Below, piece by piece: positions 39,101 to 52,171 of a DNA stretch of 64,000 nucleotides. Location: assembly GCA_965216315.1 (NCBI GenBank), contig CBDCFN010000016.1, positions 640,001 to 704,000 on the forward strand, read 5' to 3'. Both the position numbers and the translations under genes were made by a program. Origin of the DNA: a bacterium. Lineage in GTDB: Bacteria > UBA10199 > 2-02-FULL-50-16 > JAJFLM01. The notes beneath the pieces were generated by a model. That model searched no databases. It saw only the letters and a list, made by a program, of their open reading frames with translations, and was not told the DNA's origin. Within the stretch, counting starts at the first letter, position 1; each line of letters opens with the position of its first letter.

Positions 39101-42100
39101 GACCACTTGGGCGAATAACTTCAGACTCCCTTCAACCCTCGAGTATGACTTTGTTGCACCCACTACCGTCGACACCTTCCGCTTTTTCCGCAGTAGCAGT
39201 GGCTTCAACAGTATCAACTATGCCCCGAATCGCTACCAAATCGAGGCCTGTACCGACGGATTGGATGCGGATGGCAGCCCGAATCCAGCCAATACGGACT
39301 GCAGCGAGAATCAATACTGGAGGATACTGTGGTCCTTTGATGACGGCAGCACCACTCCCGTGCAAAATACCTGGTATGAACGTTATTTCTATAACACGAC
39401 GGCGTTTCAACGTTATCGCGTCAATGTCAGCCACACCTGGGGCACTCGAGCTTCCACTCCTATTGTCAACGGCTATTTGAATTTCCACGAGGTCGAGTAC
39501 TCACTGTCTTGCGACGGCGGTGATGCCTGCGACGATGACGACGACAACGATGGTGTCCTCGATGTTGACGATACCGATCCCTTAGATCCTTTTATTTGCG
39601 AAGACACCGAGAATGGCGTCGGGGATGGTTGCGATGACTGCGCGGTCGGCACCGATCAACTGGGTCCGCTCGCCGATAATGACCCATTGAATGACGGACC
39701 GGATGCCGATAGCGACGGGATTTGCGATGCCGGTGACAACTGCCCGGCTCAAGCCAACTCTGATCAGCTTGATACCGATGGAGACGGCCTCGGTGACGCC
39801 TGTGAGACCGACGCCGACAACGATGGGGTTGCGGATGGCAGTGACCCGGCACCGTTGGATCCAACCATCTGCGGTTTAGATGTCGACGGCGATACCTGTG
39901 ATGACTGCTCGATTGGCGTCGATGGGTTTGGACCTCTGCCGGATAACGATGCTTCTAATGACGGCACGGATACGGATGGCGATGGCCTCTGTGATGCGGG
40001 CGATCCAGATGACGATGATGATACCATTCCGGACGGCTCGGATAGTGACCCCTTGAATCCGAATATTTGTCAGGATCTGGATGGCGATAGCTGTGACGAT
40101 TGTGCGGTGACGGGCGGACCTCCGGATATCTCTAACGATGGAACGGATACGGATGGCGATGGTCTGTGTGACGCCGGCGATCCGGATGACGATGAGGACG
40201 GCGATCCGGATACGAGCGACTGTGCTCCTTTAGATCCCGCAATTTATACAGGTCAGACGGAGCTCGGCTGCAACGGCATCGACGAAAACTGTAATGGGAT
40301 GGCCGATGACACGACCGTCGATGCGGACGGCGATAGCGTGGCCTGTGCGACGGATTCCGATGACGGCAACGGCAACGTCTGTGGTCTCGATGTCGATGCC
40401 GATACGTGTGACGATTGTACGAGCGGGACCAATGATCCGGCCAATGACGGCCCTGACTTCGATGGAGACGGACTTTGTGATGCGGGTGATACAGATGATG
40501 ATCAGGATGGCGATCCCGATGTCAGTGACTGTGCGCCCCAGGATCCCTTAATCTTCACCGGCCAGGTTGAACTTGGTTGTAACGGCATCGACGAAAATTG
40601 TAACGGAATGGCCGATGACACGACCGTCGATGCGGACGGCGATAGCGTGGCCTGTGCGTCGGATTCTGACGACGGCAACGCCAACGTCTGTGGGCTGGAT
40701 GCTGATAGCGATACCTGCGACGATTGTACGAGCGGGACCAATGATCCGCTTAACGACGGGATAGATACGGATGGCGATGGGTTCTGCAATGCGGGCGATC
40801 TGGACGATGATGCCGACGGGGATCCGGATACCACCGACTGTGCGCCCTTGGATCCGTTAATCTACACCGGACAAGTCGAGATTGGTTGCAACGGCATCGA
40901 TGAAAACTGCAACGGCATGACTGACGATACCCTCGTCGATGCGGATGGTGACGGTGTGGCCTGTTCCGCGGACTCCGATGATGGCAACAGCAACGTCTGC
41001 GGATTCGATGCCGATGCCGATACCTGTGACGATTGCACAAGCGGGACCAATGATCCGGCCAATGACGGCCCTGACTTCGATGGAGACGGACTCTGTGATG
41101 CTGGCGATCCGGATGATGATGATGATACGGTGCTCGACGGCGATGACAACTTTCCACTCGATCCGTTCCAATGTCGTGATGTCGATCTTGACACCTGTGA
41201 TGACTGCTCGAGCGGTACGGATGATGTGGCCAATGATGGTCCCGATGCAGATAGTGATGGGACCTGTGATGCGGGTGATCTTTGCCCGGCCGATCCGCTC
41301 AAAATTGATCCGGGAACGTGCGGCTGCGGTGTTGTCGATGGATCGGATGGCGACGGTGATGGCGAGATTTGCGATACCGACTGTGACGACGCAGACCCCA
41401 ATAATTATAACGGCAATACCGAAATCTGTGATGGCGCCGATAACAACTGTGATAGTAGCGTCGACGAGCTCTGGCCGACACTAGGGAATGCGTGTGACGG
41501 TGTTGGTGAATGCGGTGCGGGCGTTATTGAGTGTGCGACGGATACGACAACGCAATGTTCCACGGATCCCGGCGGGTCGGCCGATGAGAGTCAACCTGAG
41601 ACCTGCGACGGACTGGACAATGATTGTAACGGTTTCACCGACGAGCACGGCCAACAGACCTGCTATGCCGACGTCGATACTGATACCTTCGGTGATCCTT
41701 TAGCCCCGGCAAACTTCTGTTCAGATACTCCTGATTTTACCCAATATAATATCGGTGGAGCCGTCGGCAGTATTGATCAATCGACTCCGGGTACCATGGA
41801 AGTGTGCGGGACCGGCACGATGGGATTCCCCGGTAATTTCTCGGAATCGCTTGTCTTGGCTGCAGTCCCGATGACGGGAAATTTTGATGTCTCCGTGCGC
41901 GCCGCGAACTTTACGGCTAATGGGGGGACAGGACCTTTCCCGCATCAAGCCCTGATGGTCTATGAAGATCCCCTGGTTACGCGGGCGCGGAGTATTTCAT
42001 TATTGAGGGCTTCATGGTCGAACGTGACGGTAGCTGTCGTCCGGCCGGTCACGAACGCAGCTAATTTTAGTTATGCTTTGAATTCGTCTCCGGATGCCAG

Positions 42101-45100
42101 TTTACCGCGTTACTGGAGAATACAACGGCTGGGAGATGACTTTAATCTCTTTACGTCGCTCGATGGATTGAGCTGGACGCTGGAACACACCGAAACGCTG
42201 GCCCTCAATTCTACGGTGTATGTCGGTGTTCATTCGGCGGGGGGCGACGGATCTGCCGATTGCGTGACGGTTGATACGATGCAAGGGTTCCCTCTGCAGG
42301 GTACGGAGTCCTGTCCAAGCGGCTTTGTCAGCGATAATACCGATTGCGATGACGGCGATGCGAATAATTTCCCGGGTAATCCGGAGATCTGTGACGGTGC
42401 CGACAATGACTGCGATACCGTAGCGGATAACGGCACCCTCGATACCGATAGCGACGGGACCTGCGATGATATCGATTCGGACCAGGATAACGACGGTATT
42501 GCTAATGTTTCCGATCCTGCGCCTCTTGATCCCGATATCTGTGGTGATAGTGACCTTGATACGTGTGACGACTGCGTAATCGGAACAGATGATTTTGGAC
42601 CGTCTTCCGATAGTACACCGGGTAATGATGGGACGGATACGGATGCCGATGGTCTGTGCGATGCCGGTGATAGCGACATTGACAACGACGGTATTGCCAA
42701 TGCTTCTGATCCGGCGCCGCTTGACCCGGATATCTGCGGCGACAGCGATCTTGATACTTGCGACGACTGTGCCGTTGGAACCGACGATTTTGGACCCGCC
42801 TCCGACAGTGATCCGGCGAACGACGGCCTCGATACCGATGGCGATGGTATTTGTGACTTAGGTGACGCCTGTCCTAGTGATGCAAATAAGACAGTTCCCG
42901 GCGTTTGTGGTTGTGGTGTTGCGGATATCGATACAGACAGCGACGGCACCTTAGATTGCAACGATAACTGTCCCGCCGATCCGGCCAAGACCGAACCGGG
43001 CCAGTGTGGTTGTGGTAATGCGGATACGGACAGCGATGGTGACGGCACGGCGGACTGCAATGATAACTGTCCCGCCGATCCGGGTAAAACCGATCCGGGA
43101 GTTTGCGGCTGTGGTGTTCCGGATGACGACACGGATGGCGATGGAACGCTCGATTGTAACGACAATTGCCCGGCAGATCCCGCCAAGACGGAACCCGGTC
43201 AATGTGGTTGCGGTAATGCGGATACCGATTCTGATTCGGATGGTACGGCTGATTGTAATGACTTGTGTCCCGCGGATCCTGCTAAGATTGATCCTGGTGT
43301 CTGTGGCTGCGGCATTCCCGATACCGATTCCGATGGCGATACTGTTTATGACTGCAATGATGTTTGTCCGGGTTTTGACGATAATCTAGATTCAGACAGT
43401 GATGGCATTGCCGATGGCTGTGATGCGTGCCCGAATGATCCCGATAATGATGTAGACAGTGATACCGTCTGTGGTGACCTCGACAATTGCCCCGACGATG
43501 CGAATTTAGGCCAAGAAGATTTTGATGGTGATACCCTAGGCGACGCCTGTGATCCCGATGATGACAACGATGGCATTGATGATCCATTTGATGGGGATCC
43601 ATTAGACGGCACGGTATGCACGGATAGCGACGGCGATACCTGTGATGACTGCAACAGCGGAACCTTCGATCCGAGCAATGACGGCATCGATACTGACGCC
43701 GATGGGCTGTGTGATTTATCAGATAATTGCAGCTCTGATGTGAACCCCATGCAGCTCAATGGCTATTGGGATTTTGAAGGCGATTTTATCGATAGTTCAG
43801 GAAGTGGACATGACGGCACTAACTTCGGCGCCACGCTCATCAACGATGGTAGCGGCCCGAGCGGTGAATTTGCGCGCTTTGATGGGAACGACTACGTCAC
43901 GATGGATAGTCTGATGAGCAATCTTCAGAATGGAGAACGTGTCGTTATCTCTTTGCAATTCAGAACAAATCAAACGTTCAAAGGTATTTTGGGTTTTTAT
44001 GAACCGATTGGTGCACCCGGTACTGGCAATGGCCTTATCATCGCACTAGCAACTGATGGAAGGCTCCGGCTCTTCACGGAGCCCAGTGGTGAAGTCATCT
44101 ATGGCAGCCTGAGTTATGCGGATAATGAGTGGCATCAGCTCCATGTTGTGATTGCCTCTGATGGCGCCGCCTCGGTCGAAGTTGACGGCGTCGATCTAGG
44201 AACGCAGTCGCTGACGCCATTGCAGTACAATAACTGGACGCGTGCCGTCGTCGGTCAGGACTGGGATGGTGCGACACCTTCCGACTTCTATGTTGGTGAT
44301 CTCGACGAAGTGCGCGTCAGTTCAGGCCAGCTGGATACGGACCTGGATGGTCAAGGTGATGCTTGCGATGGTTGTCCGGCCGATCCGGCGAAGACCGAGC
44401 CGGGAGTCTGCGGTTGTGGCGTCGCGGATACGGACAGCGATTCCGATGGTACGGCGGATTGTAACGACAACTGTCCCGCCGATCCGGCCAAGACCGAACC
44501 GGGTGTCTGCGGTTGTGGCGTCGCGGATACGGACAGCGATTCCGATGGTACGGCGGATTGCAATGACAACTGTCCGGCCGATCCGGCGAAGACCGAGCCG
44601 GGTGTCTGCGGTTGTGGAGTCGCGGATACGGACAGCGATTCCGATGGTACGGCGGATTGTAACGACAACTGTCCGGCCGATCCTGCCAAGACGGATCCGG
44701 GCGTCTGTGGTTGCGGTGTGAGTGATGTTGATAGTGACGGCGATGGCACGGCCGATTGTGATGATAATTGTCCGGCCGATCCGGCGAAGACCGAGCCGGG
44801 TGTCTGTGGCTGCGGAGTCGCGGACACCGATTCGGACTCCGACGGCACACCTGATTGTAACGACAACTGTCCCGCCGATCCGGCCAAGACCGAACCGGGT
44901 GTCTGCGGTTGTGGCGTCGCGGATACGGACAGCGATTCCGATGGTACGGCGGATTGCAATGACAACTGTCCGGCCGATCCGGCGAAGACCGAGCCGGGTG
45001 TCTGCGGTTGTGGAGTCGCGGATACGGACAGCGATTCCGATGGTACGGCGGATTGTAACGACAACTGTCCGGCCGATCCTGCCAAGACCGAGCCGGGAGT

Positions 45101-48100
45101 TTGCGGCTGTGGAGTCGCGGATACCGATTCGGACTCCGACGGCACACCTGATTGTAACGACAACTGTCCCGCCGATCCGGCCAAGACCGAACCGGGTGTC
45201 TGCGGTTGTGGCGTCGCGGATACGGACAGCGATTCCGATGGTACGGCGGATTGCAATGACAACTGTCCGGCCGATCCGGCGAAGACCGAGCCGGGTGTCT
45301 GCGGTTGTGGCGTCGCGGATACCGATTCGGACTCCGACGGCACACCGGACTGCAATGATAATTGTCCGGCCGATCCGGCGAAGACCGAGCCGGGAGTCTG
45401 CGGCTGTGGCGTCGCGGACACCGATTCGGACTCCGACGGCACACCTGATTGTAACGACAACTGTCCCGCCGATCCGGCGAAGACCGAGCCGGGAGTTTGC
45501 GGCTGTGGAGTCGCGGATACCGATTCGGACTCCGACGGCACACCTGATTGTAACGACAACTGTCCCGCCGATCCGGCCAAGACCGAACCGGGTGTCTGCG
45601 GTTGTGGCGTCGCGGATACGGACAGCGATTCCGATGGTACGGCGGATTGCAATGACAACTGTCCGGCCGATCCGGCGAAGACCGAGCCGGGTGTCTGCGG
45701 TTGTGGCGTCGCGGATACCGATTCGGACTCCGACGGCACACCGGACTGCAATGATAATTGTCCGGCCGATCCGGCGAAGACCGAGCCGGGAGTCTGCGGC
45801 TGTGGCGTCGCGGATACCGATTCAGACTCCGACGGCACACCTGATTGTAACGACAACTGTCCCGCCGATCCGGCCAAGACCGAACCGGGTGTCTGCGGCT
45901 GCGGTGTGAGTGATGTTGATAGTGACGGCGATGGCACGGCCGATTGTGATGATAATTGTCCCGCCGATCCGGCCAAAACCGAACCGGGTGTCTGCGGTTG
46001 TGGCGTCGCGGATACCGATTCGGACTCCGACGGCACACCTGATTGTAACGATAATTGTCCCGCCGACCCGGGCAAGACCGAGCCGGGAGTCTGCGGCTGT
46101 GGAGTCGCGGATACCGATTCGGACTCCGACGGCACACCTGATTGTAACGACAACTGTCCCGCCGATCCGGCCAAAACCGAACCGGGTGTCTGTGGCTGCG
46201 GCGTCGCGGATACCGATTCGGACTCCGACGGCACACCTGATTGTAACGATAATTGTCCCGCCGACCCGGGCAAGACCGAACCGGGTGTCTGTGGCTGCGG
46301 TGTGAGTGATGTTGATAGTGACGGCGATGGCACGGCCGATTGTGATGATAATTGTCCCGCCGATCCGGCCAAAACCGAACCGGGTGTCTGCGGTTGTGGC
46401 GTCGCGGATACCGATTCAGACTCCGACGGCACACCTGATTGTAACGACAACTGTCCCGCCGATCCGGCCAAAACCGAACCGGGAGTCTGCGGTTGTGGAG
46501 TCGCGGATACGGACAGCGATTCCGATGGTACGGCGGATTGCAATGACAACTGTCCGGCCGATCCGGCGAAGACCGATCCCGGTGTCTGCGGTTGTGGCGT
46601 CGCGGATACCGATTCGGACTCCGACGGCACACCTGATTGTAACGATAATTGTCCGGCCGATCCGGCGAAGACCGATCCGGGTGTCTGCGGTTGTGGCGTC
46701 GCGGATACCGATTCGGACTCCGACGGCACACCTGATTGTAACGATAATTGTCCCGCCGACCCGGGCAAGACCGAACCGGGTGTCTGTGGCTGCGGAGTCG
46801 CGGACACCGATTCGGACTCCGACGGCACACCTGATTGTAACGACAACTGTCCCGCCGATCCGGCGAAGACGGAACCGGGTGATTGTGGTTGCGGCATCGC
46901 GGATACCGACACGGATGGCGATGGCACCGCGGATTGCAACGATGGTTGTGTCAATGATCCGAATAAGACCGCGCCCGGCGTCTGCGGTTGTGGCACCCCG
47001 GATGACGACACGGACGGTGACGGTACCTTAGATTGTAATGACAACTGCCCAGCCGATCCGGCGAAGACCGAGCCGGGTGTCTGCGGTTGCGGCGTGGCGG
47101 ATACGGATTCCGATAGTGATGGCACATCTGATTGTAACGACAACTGCCCAGCCGATCCGAACAAGACGGAGCCGGGAGCCTGTGGCTGCGGCGTGGCGGA
47201 CACGGATTCCGATAGTGATGGCACACCTGATTGTAACGATAATTGTCCCGCCGATCCGGCGAAGACGGATCCGGGCGTCTGCGGCTGCGGAACGCCTGAT
47301 GACGACACGGACGGTGACGGTACCTTAGATTGTAATGATAATTGTCCGGCAGATCCGAATAAAACGGAGCCAGGAGCATGTGGTTGTGGCGTGGCGGATA
47401 CCGATACGGATGGTGACGGCACAGCCGACTGCAATGATAATTGCCCTGCTGATCCGGGTAAGACCGAACCGGGCGTGTGCGGCTGCGGAACGCCTGATGA
47501 CGACACGGACGGCGACGGCACCCTCGATTGTAATGATAATTGTCCCGCCGATCCGGCGAAGACCGAGCCGGGTGTCTGCGGTTGTGGCGTCGCGGATACG
47601 GACAGCGATTCCGATGGTACGGCGGATTGCAATGACAACTGTCCGGCCGATCCGGCGAAGACCGAGCCGGGTGTCTGCGGTTGTGGCGTCGCGGATACCG
47701 ATTCGGACTCCGACGGCACACCTGATTGTAACGATAATTGTCCCGCCGACCCGGGCAAGACCGAGCCGGGTGTCTGCGGTTGTGGCGTCGCGGATACCGA
47801 TTCGGACTCCGACGGCACACCGGACTGCAATGATAATTGTCCGGCCGATCCGGCGAAGACCGAGCCGGGAGTCTGCGGCTGTGGAGTCGCGGATACGGAC
47901 AGCGATTCCGATGGTACGGCGGATTGCAATGACAACTGTCCCGCCGACCCGGGCAAGACCGAACCGGGTGTCTGTGGCTGCGGAGTCGCGGACACCGATT
48001 CGGACTCCGACGGCACACCTGATTGTAACGACAACTGTCCCGCCGATCCGGCGAAGACCGAGCCGGGAGTCTGCGGTTGTGGCGTCGCGGATACGGACAG

Positions 48101-51100
48101 CGATTCCGACGGCACACCGGATTGCAATGATAATTGTCCGGCCGATCCTGCCAAGACGGATCCGGGCGTCTGTGGTTGCGGTGTGAGTGATGTTGATAGT
48201 GACGGCGATGGCACGGCCGATTGTGATGATAATTGTCCGGCCGATCCGGCGAAGACCGAGCCGGGAGTCTGCGGCTGTGGAGTCGCGGATACGGACAGCG
48301 ATTCCGATGGTACGGCGGATTGCAATGACAACTGTCCCGCCGACCCGGGCAAGACCGAACCGGGTGTCTGTGGCTGCGGAGTCGCGGACACCGATTCGGA
48401 CTCCGACGGCACACCTGATTGTAACGACAACTGTCCCGCCGATCCGGCCAAGACCGAACCGGGTGTCTGCGGTTGTGGCGTCGCGGATACGGACAGCGAT
48501 TCCGATGGTACGGCGGATTGCAATGACAACTGTCCGGCCGATCCGGCGAAGACCGAGCCGGGTGTCTGCGGTTGTGGAGTCGCGGATACGGACAGCGATT
48601 CCGATGGTACGGCGGATTGTAACGACAACTGTCCGGCCGATCCTGCCAAGACGGATCCGGGCGTCTGTGGTTGCGGCATAGCAGATACCGATTCAGACTC
48701 TGATGGAACCCCGGATTGTAACGACAACTGTCCCGCCGACCCGGGCAAGACCGAACCGGGTGTCTGTGGCTGCGGAGTCGCGGACACCGATTCGGACTCC
48801 GACGGCACACCTGATTGTAACGACAACTGTCCCGCCGATCCTGCCAAGACCGAACCGGGTGTCTGCGGTTGTGGCGTCGCGGATACGGACAGCGATTCCG
48901 ACGGAACACCGGACTGCAATGATAATTGTCCGGCCGATCCTGCCAAGACCGAGCCGGGAGTTTGCGGCTGTGGAGTCGCGGATACCGATTCGGACTCCGA
49001 CGGCACACCTGATTGTAACGACAACTGTCCCGCCGATCCGGCGAAGACCGAGCCGGGAGTTTGCGGCTGTGGAGTCGCGGATACCGATTCGGACTCCGAC
49101 GGCACACCTGATTGTAACGACAACTGTCCCGCCGATCCGGCCAAGACCGAACCGGGTGTCTGCGGTTGTGGCGTCGCGGATACGGACAGCGATTCCGATG
49201 GTACGGCGGATTGCAATGACAACTGTCCGGCCGATCCGGCGAAGACCGAGCCGGGTGTCTGCGGTTGTGGCGTCGCGGATACCGATTCGGACTCCGACGG
49301 CACACCGGACTGCAATGATAATTGTCCGGCCGATCCGGCGAAGACCGAGCCGGGAGTCTGCGGCTGTGGCGTCGCGGACACCGATTCGGACTCCGACGGC
49401 ACACCTGATTGTAACGACAACTGTCCCGCCGATCCGGCGAAGACCGAGCCGGGAGTTTGCGGCTGTGGAGTCGCGGATACCGATTCGGACTCCGACGGCA
49501 CACCTGATTGTAACGACAACTGTCCCGCCGATCCGGCCAAGACCGAACCGGGTGTCTGCGGTTGTGGCGTCGCGGATACGGACAGCGATTCCGATGGTAC
49601 GGCGGATTGCAATGACAACTGTCCGGCCGATCCGGCGAAGACCGAGCCGGGTGTCTGCGGTTGTGGCGTCGCGGATACCGATTCGGACTCCGACGGCACA
49701 CCGGACTGCAATGATAATTGTCCGGCCGATCCGGCGAAGACCGAGCCGGGAGTCTGCGGCTGTGGCGTCGCGGATACCGATTCAGACTCCGACGGCACAC
49801 CTGATTGTAACGACAACTGTCCCGCCGATCCGGCCAAGACCGAACCGGGTGTCTGCGGTTGTGGCGTCGCGGATACGGACAGCGATTCCGATGGTACGGC
49901 GGATTGCAATGACAACTGTCCGGCCGATCCGGCGAAGACCGAGCCGGGTGTCTGCGGTTGTGGCGTCGCGGATACCGATTCGGACTCCGACGGCACACCT
50001 GATTGTAACGATAATTGTCCCGCCGACCCGGGCAAGACCGAGCCGGGTGTCTGCGGTTGTGGCGTCGCGGATACCGATTCGGACTCCGACGGCACACCGG
50101 ACTGCAATGATAATTGTCCGGCCGATCCGGCGAAGACCGAGCCGGGAGTCTGCGGCTGTGGCGTCGCGGATACCGATTCAGACTCCGACGGCACACCTGA
50201 TTGTAACGATAATTGTCCCGCCGACCCGGGCAAGACCGAACCGGGTGTCTGTGGCTGCGGTGTGAGTGATGTTGATAGTGACGGCGATGGCACGGCCGAT
50301 TGTGATGATAATTGTCCCGCCGATCCGGCCAAAACCGAACCGGGTGTCTGCGGTTGTGGCGTCGCGGATACCGATTCAGACTCCGACGGCACACCTGATT
50401 GTAACGATAATTGTCCCGCCGACCCGGGCAAGACCGAACCGGGAGTCTGCGGTTGTGGAGTCGCGGATACGGACAGCGATTCCGATGGTACGGCGGATTG
50501 CAATGACAACTGTCCGGCCGATCCTGCCAAGACGGATCCGGGCGTCTGTGGTTGCGGCATAGCAGATACCGATTCAGACTCTGATGGAACCCCGGATTGT
50601 AACGACAACTGTCCCGCCGACCCGGGCAAGACCGAACCGGGTGTCTGTGGCTGCGGTGTGAGTGATGTTGATAGTGACGGCGATGGCACGGCCGATTGCA
50701 ATGACAACTGTCCCGCCGATCCGGCCAAAACCGAACCGGGTGTCTGCGGTTGTGGCGTCGCGGATACGGACAGCGATTCCGATGGTACGGCGGATTGCAA
50801 TGACAACTGTCCGGCCGATCCTGCCAAGACCGAACCGGGTGTCTGCGGTTGTGGCGTCGCGGATACGGACAGCGATTCCGACGGAACACCGGACTGCAAT
50901 GATAATTGTCCGGCCGATCCTGCCAAGACCGAGCCGGGAGTTTGCGGCTGTGGAGTCGCGGATACCGATTCGGACTCCGACGGCACACCTGATTGTAACG
51001 ACAACTGTCCCGCCGATCCGGCGAAGACCGAGCCGGGAGTTTGCGGCTGTGGAGTCGCGGATACGGACAGCGATTCCGATGGTACGGCGGATTGCAATGA

Positions 51101-51848
51101 CAACTGTCCCGCCGATCCGGCCAAAACCGAACCGGGTGTCTGCGGTTGTGGCGTCGCGGATACGGACAGCGATTCCGACGGAACACCGGATTGCAACGAC
51201 AACTGTCCCGCGGATCCGGCGAAGACCGAACCCGGCGTCTGTGGCTGCGGTGTCAGTGATGTCGACACCGATGGGGATGGCTCCGCTGATTGCAATGATT
51301 GCGATGATTCCAATCCGGATGTCTATCCCGGTAATACTGAGAGTTGCGATGGCATCGATAATGATTGTGACGGCGATAGCGACGAAGACTTTACCGATCT
51401 CGGTGATGCGTGCTCAGCGGGCGTTGGTGAATGTCTGAATGTGGGAATAATCGTCTGTACAGCGGATGGCAATGGCACTGAGTGTAATGCGGTCGCCGGA
51501 ACACCGCCAGAACCCATCGAGGTCAGTTGTGCTGACGGCCTCGACAATGACTGTGATGCGGCCGTGGATAGTTTAGATAGCGATTGCGATCCAGGTGGAG
51601 TTTCTGTCTCCGATTGTCTGGCCGCAATTGATGACGCCACGTGGAAGAATTTCGGTTCTGAAAATGCAGCCATTCATGTTTGTGAAAATATGATTAACCA
51701 TTATAATGACGGTAACTGTGGTGGTACTTTAGGAAACCTGACCGCGTTATATAATATCGGCAGAAAACAAATTCAGTCCGGTCAACAGCAGTATACGGAT
51801 ACGTTGGATAGTATCGGAGTGCATGTCAATAGCACCATATGTCAATGA
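33165..51848 (+). CDS. giant (6227 aa) Asp/Cys-rich extracellular protein: LamG-like, discoidin/F5-8-like, thrombospondin type-3-like repeats, ExCDGxDNDC motifs, 33-aa tandem array
   Basis: GGGGGAG RBS; LamG-like WHHVVAVWD...F.GLIDEV (~34250-34960, 35120-35750, 43750-44330); AFD...W...YRYYR domains (~36300-39510); numerous DxDxDGxxDxCDNCP. Confidence 0.92.
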   Translation: MVSEESAEDGCSSPSGKSKSKHIIWRRFRRKVAKKRQLAKRIALQSINIGTRFITVLMMTVLPVSAPRTLPQRIVESNIYQAIDEGEPVTWSEVREDFESATELATESLGYPKAHAATLYGPTPYFETCDGPFDLAGLNTDAYLEDFEDGLLNTPGLAANVGNIVSPGSSADSVDNDDGTIDGSGNGGYSWFYGTGTAGIEFTFDPIAIGWTPTYAGVVWTDGVDSINVEFFSDTGCTTSIGLIGPENHADGSFNGATAEDRFYGIEDSGGIGCIHVWGGSGGIEVDHVLYGQSSGGAATCSVCGDSTCDADEDEFNCGDDCGTCGDLFCDPDLLEDDISCSVDCADSGGNCVSTLTNPDDANFVSWWDGDLTGSSIAVDLIGGNDGTLVNAATTEPGIVGDAFRTSDESAIRIGDDPSLTVGSAMTVQAWVKLDPGGSGVIFSDHYGCERYESIHLSSSQFILNSANSSSATYRKTLSFSQPLSEDIWHHVVAVWDGTTPAAEEMRVYIDGELDGTLSLPGFTPWDPANNYAIGGYNTDGTSTCTGHAFLSEFEGLIDEVAVFNRVLSGPVTDCVADDPPDPNNRTEICKLYFAASTGICAPADTDNDGVPDTADACPNTPALDPVNATGCPDAACLPITLGGGGADLTPAFVAWWSGDSDASDYVSGYDGTFQGNASSDPSGFVDGAFDFDATSLDSVDMPLLPVTDLLKTNFTVNFWVNPGSTADRPTWGFTGSGSNNNLNPFASYDTGVSFGDGAGSQLIYQSSEYDFDAPASTWTHYAIVDDGTSYRIYRDGVLQYNEAITTDPGATSSRNFTIGQSGFISGFADHFTGLIDEFQIFNRALTPKELRAIYMAGSEGVCKADDDWDGIQDTTDNCPLDYNPGQEDVLDSDGVGDVCDNCPNDPNGPLLGPNNQLDTDGDGQGDVCDLDDDGDGLSDIDEGSAGTDPLNPDTDGDGSIDGDEVANGTDPLDPDTDNDGSPDGSDSDPFNPNVCSDDDEDGCEDCSSGTYDLANDGTDTDSDTICDVNDNCPTDANPGQEDEDTPFDATSGLPSTAFSDDRHYVNSPSYAADKAFDGNVTSSGFASGTPPNLSAQPVIVDVDFGVNNERRVEAYDFLKSNAQSSFGGTFYRPRTWNIYGCDDAACASSTLLHSVADDPFALDVFHSYTFSNPNSYRYYRIEFFYTTDTTGGGSSSQWVALTEARLRATGDGVGDVCDNCPNDANGPLLGPNDQLDTDSDGVGDVCDNCVNDANGPLLGPNDQLDTDGDGEGDVCDLDDDNDGLSDVDEGTAGTDPLNPDTDGDGRTDGEEVASGTNPLDPDTDGDTLNDNDDNCPLIANLAQTDSDPGATDVTTGLPNGLLVSAPLGHYNATTVVENLFDTDNLGTGWANDASPPISTGVAQIDLDFGSGNAQVIAGYELEKSNVMNGGWGSTIYRPKSWSLIASNSSDFSSPVVLHTVTDHPFPQTTSTTPAVNAFHFTNNVAYRYYRLEITDAYNASWVALTGARLLGQGDCPIPLAGAFCGDICDPDDDNDGVSDVDEGVLGSDPFDNLSCGDSDGDACDDCSIGVDGGGPLPDNDPANDGPDADSDGFCDSFDQCDDDPYKAAPGTCGCGFPDEDQDSDTTLDCLDNCPHNPISTGDTDGDCSTALPGINCGDACDNCPSLSNPDQLDSEMFLSVNNLATGGTVTASSNYSGALPAEAFDGIAGANGWANAGNDLPAWIQYNYTPGSGKIITAYKIYSPTNMPSFGSAIYHPNSWIVYGCFAPCTDLVKLHEVTDVTVTQDQFDLFTIPFNITPYDSYRFEFSAGSFGSSQWKIAGEIELLGPEGGDGIGDVCDVDDDNDTVNDVDDSDPLDNLVCRDLDADTCDDCSSGVDAPDNDGIDTDNDGLCDLGDACPLDLDNDVDGDGVCGEADNCPEDANPGQEDTDGCTLGTDLAVGGTAHAICTDATTGVVYDNCTYSGTTYAADKAFDKNTSTTWANNFRLPSTLEYDFVAPTTVDTFRFFRSSSGFNSINYAPNRYQIEACTDGLDADGSPNPANTDCSENQYWRILWSFDDGSTTPVQNTWYERYFYNTTAFQRYRVNVSHTWGTRASTPIVNGYLNFHEVEYSLSCDGGDACDDDDDNDGVLDVDDTDPLDPFICEDTENGVGDGCDDCAVGTDQLGPLADNDPLNDGPDADSDGICDAGDNCPAQANSDQLDTDGDGLGDACETDADNDGVADGSDPAPLDPTICGLDVDGDTCDDCSIGVDGFGPLPDNDASNDGTDTDGDGLCDAGDPDDDDDTIPDGSDSDPLNPNICQDLDGDSCDDCAVTGGPPDISNDGTDTDGDGLCDAGDPDDDEDGDPDTSDCAPLDPAIYTGQTELGCNGIDENCNGMADDTTVDADGDSVACATDSDDGNGNVCGLDVDADTCDDCTSGTNDPANDGPDFDGDGLCDAGDTDDDQDGDPDVSDCAPQDPLIFTGQVELGCNGIDENCNGMADDTTVDADGDSVACASDSDDGNANVCGLDADSDTCDDCTSGTNDPLNDGIDTDGDGFCNAGDLDDDADGDPDTTDCAPLDPLIYTGQVEIGCNGIDENCNGMTDDTLVDADGDGVACSADSDDGNSNVCGFDADADTCDDCTSGTNDPANDGPDFDGDGLCDAGDPDDDDDTVLDGDDNFPLDPFQCRDVDLDTCDDCSSGTDDVANDGPDADSDGTCDAGDLCPADPLKIDPGTCGCGVVDGSDGDGDGEICDTDCDDADPNNYNGNTEICDGADNNCDSSVDELWPTLGNACDGVGECGAGVIECATDTTTQCSTDPGGSADESQPETCDGLDNDCNGFTDEHGQQTCYADVDTDTFGDPLAPANFCSDTPDFTQYNIGGAVGSIDQSTPGTMEVCGTGTMGFPGNFSESLVLAAVPMTGNFDVSVRAANFTANGGTGPFPHQALMVYEDPLVTRARSISLLRASWSNVTVAVVRPVTNAANFSYALNSSPDASLPRYWRIQRLGDDFNLFTSLDGLSWTLEHTETLALNSTVYVGVHSAGGDGSADCVTVDTMQGFPLQGTESCPSGFVSDNTDCDDGDANNFPGNPEICDGADNDCDTVADNGTLDTDSDGTCDDIDSDQDNDGIANVSDPAPLDPDICGDSDLDTCDDCVIGTDDFGPSSDSTPGNDGTDTDADGLCDAGDSDIDNDGIANASDPAPLDPDICGDSDLDTCDDCAVGTDDFGPASDSDPANDGLDTDGDGICDLGDACPSDANKTVPGVCGCGVADIDTDSDGTLDCNDNCPADPAKTEPGQCGCGNADTDSDGDGTADCNDNCPADPGKTDPGVCGCGVPDDDTDGDGTLDCNDNCPADPAKTEPGQCGCGNADTDSDSDGTADCNDLCPADPAKIDPGVCGCGIPDTDSDGDTVYDCNDVCPGFDDNLDSDSDGIADGCDACPNDPDNDVDSDTVCGDLDNCPDDANLGQEDFDGDTLGDACDPDDDNDGIDDPFDGDPLDGTVCTDSDGDTCDDCNSGTFDPSNDGIDTDADGLCDLSDNCSSDVNPMQLNGYWDFEGDFIDSSGSGHDGTNFGATLINDGSGPSGEFARFDGNDYVTMDSLMSNLQNGERVVISLQFRTNQTFKGILGFYEPIGAPGTGNGLIIALATDGRLRLFTEPSGEVIYGSLSYADNEWHQLHVVIASDGAASVEVDGVDLGTQSLTPLQYNNWTRAVVGQDWDGATPSDFYVGDLDEVRVSSGQLDTDLDGQGDACDGCPADPAKTEPGVCGCGVADTDSDSDGTADCNDNCPADPAKTEPGVCGCGVADTDSDSDGTADCNDNCPADPAKTEPGVCGCGVADTDSDSDGTADCNDNCPADPAKTDPGVCGCGVSDVDSDGDGTADCDDNCPADPAKTEPGVCGCGVADTDSDSDGTPDCNDNCPADPAKTEPGVCGCGVADTDSDSDGTADCNDNCPADPAKTEPGVCGCGVADTDSDSDGTADCNDNCPADPAKTEPGVCGCGVADTDSDSDGTPDCNDNCPADPAKTEPGVCGCGVADTDSDSDGTADCNDNCPADPAKTEPGVCGCGVADTDSDSDGTPDCNDNCPADPAKTEPGVCGCGVADTDSDSDGTPDCNDNCPADPAKTEPGVCGCGVADTDSDSDGTPDCNDNCPADPAKTEPGVCGCGVADTDSDSDGTADCNDNCPADPAKTEPGVCGCGVADTDSDSDGTPDCNDNCPADPAKTEPGVCGCGVADTDSDSDGTPDCNDNCPADPAKTEPGVCGCGVSDVDSDGDGTADCDDNCPADPAKTEPGVCGCGVADTDSDSDGTPDCNDNCPADPGKTEPGVCGCGVADTDSDSDGTPDCNDNCPADPAKTEPGVCGCGVADTDSDSDGTPDCNDNCPADPGKTEPGVCGCGVSDVDSDGDGTADCDDNCPADPAKTEPGVCGCGVADTDSDSDGTPDCNDNCPADPAKTEPGVCGCGVADTDSDSDGTADCNDNCPADPAKTDPGVCGCGVADTDSDSDGTPDCNDNCPADPAKTDPGVCGCGVADTDSDSDGTPDCNDNCPADPGKTEPGVCGCGVADTDSDSDGTPDCNDNCPADPAKTEPGDCGCGIADTDTDGDGTADCNDGCVNDPNKTAPGVCGCGTPDDDTDGDGTLDCNDNCPADPAKTEPGVCGCGVADTDSDSDGTSDCNDNCPADPNKTEPGACGCGVADTDSDSDGTPDCNDNCPADPAKTDPGVCGCGTPDDDTDGDGTLDCNDNCPADPNKTEPGACGCGVADTDTDGDGTADCNDNCPADPGKTEPGVCGCGTPDDDTDGDGTLDCNDNCPADPAKTEPGVCGCGVADTDSDSDGTADCNDNCPADPAKTEPGVCGCGVADTDSDSDGTPDCNDNCPADPGKTEPGVCGCGVADTDSDSDGTPDCNDNCPADPAKTEPGVCGCGVADTDSDSDGTADCNDNCPADPGKTEPGVCGCGVADTDSDSDGTPDCNDNCPADPAKTEPGVCGCGVADTDSDSDGTPDCNDNCPADPAKTDPGVCGCGVSDVDSDGDGTADCDDNCPADPAKTEPGVCGCGVADTDSDSDGTADCNDNCPADPGKTEPGVCGCGVADTDSDSDGTPDCNDNCPADPAKTEPGVCGCGVADTDSDSDGTADCNDNCPADPAKTEPGVCGCGVADTDSDSDGTADCNDNCPADPAKTDPGVCGCGIADTDSDSDGTPDCNDNCPADPGKTEPGVCGCGVADTDSDSDGTPDCNDNCPADPAKTEPGVCGCGVADTDSDSDGTPDCNDNCPADPAKTEPGVCGCGVADTDSDSDGTPDCNDNCPADPAKTEPGVCGCGVADTDSDSDGTPDCNDNCPADPAKTEPGVCGCGVADTDSDSDGTADCNDNCPADPAKTEPGVCGCGVADTDSDSDGTPDCNDNCPADPAKTEPGVCGCGVADTDSDSDGTPDCNDNCPADPAKTEPGVCGCGVADTDSDSDGTPDCNDNCPADPAKTEPGVCGCGVADTDSDSDGTADCNDNCPADPAKTEPGVCGCGVADTDSDSDGTPDCNDNCPADPAKTEPGVCGCGVADTDSDSDGTPDCNDNCPADPAKTEPGVCGCGVADTDSDSDGTADCNDNCPADPAKTEPGVCGCGVADTDSDSDGTPDCNDNCPADPGKTEPGVCGCGVADTDSDSDGTPDCNDNCPADPAKTEPGVCGCGVADTDSDSDGTPDCNDNCPADPGKTEPGVCGCGVSDVDSDGDGTADCDDNCPADPAKTEPGVCGCGVADTDSDSDGTPDCNDNCPADPGKTEPGVCGCGVADTDSDSDGTADCNDNCPADPAKTDPGVCGCGIADTDSDSDGTPDCNDNCPADPGKTEPGVCGCGVSDVDSDGDGTADCNDNCPADPAKTEPGVCGCGVADTDSDSDGTADCNDNCPADPAKTEPGVCGCGVADTDSDSDGTPDCNDNCPADPAKTEPGVCGCGVADTDSDSDGTPDCNDNCPADPAKTEPGVCGCGVADTDSDSDGTADCNDNCPADPAKTEPGVCGCGVADTDSDSDGTPDCNDNCPADPAKTEPGVCGCGVSDVDTDGDGSADCNDCDDSNPDVYPGNTESCDGIDNDCDGDSDEDFTDLGDACSAGVGECLNVGIIVCTADGNGTECNAVAGTPPEPIEVSCADGLDNDCDAAVDSLDSDCDPGGVSVSDCLAAIDDATWKNFGSENAAIHVCENMINHYNDGNCGGTLGNLTALYNIGRKQIQSGQQQYTDTLDSIGVHVNSTICQ
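44371..51295 (+). repeat. about 70 tandem 99-bp units encoding [27 protein letters not shown](A/P)DCNDN
   Basis: Directly visible; span/99 is about 70; a shorter, more diverged run of about 5 units lies at ~42866-43360. Confidence 0.97.
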
Positions 51849-51862
51849 AAGGAGGCGAGACC

Positions 51863-52168
51863 ATGAGTGTTGTAGGTAGGTTCATCGTATTAATCAGTAT
51901 GATATTTTTTCTTGCGGCAGGGCCTGTCTATGCGGATGAAGATGCAGTTATCGCTACGGTCAATGCAGAATATGATGCTGGAAATATTGAGACGCGAACT
52001 GTACGCGACAATATGATATTGATGCTGAATGATGCCAAGTATGCGGCTGATGTTGACGAACATATCGCGTTGGTTGACGCATTTCGTATCATGGTCTCGT
52101 CTTTTTCAGGAGATACGGTAACTACTGACGCGGCAACTCGCATACTTGCCGCAGCATCGAATCTTTAA
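51863..52168 (+). CDS. small exported helical protein, FIMAH-like pattern
   Basis: AAGGAGG RBS; signal peptide ...VYA|DE; GNI...L..A.....F...V...G..V...AA..I...A..L pattern. Confidence 0.75.
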   Translation: MSVVGRFIVLISMIFFLAAGPVYADEDAVIATVNAEYDAGNIETRTVRDNMILMLNDAKYAADVDEHIALVDAFRIMVSSFSGDTVTTDAATRILAAASNL

Positions 52169-52171
52169 TCT

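Noticed and set aside
44371..51295. CRISPR-like regular array
   Set aside because: Units are contiguous and in-frame coding, with no unique spacers and no cas genes.
44317..51313. Long antisense and alternate-frame ORFs (2320, 1411, 837 aa and others)
   Set aside because: Shadows of the stop-poor 99-bp coding repeat, with no RBS and implausible composition.
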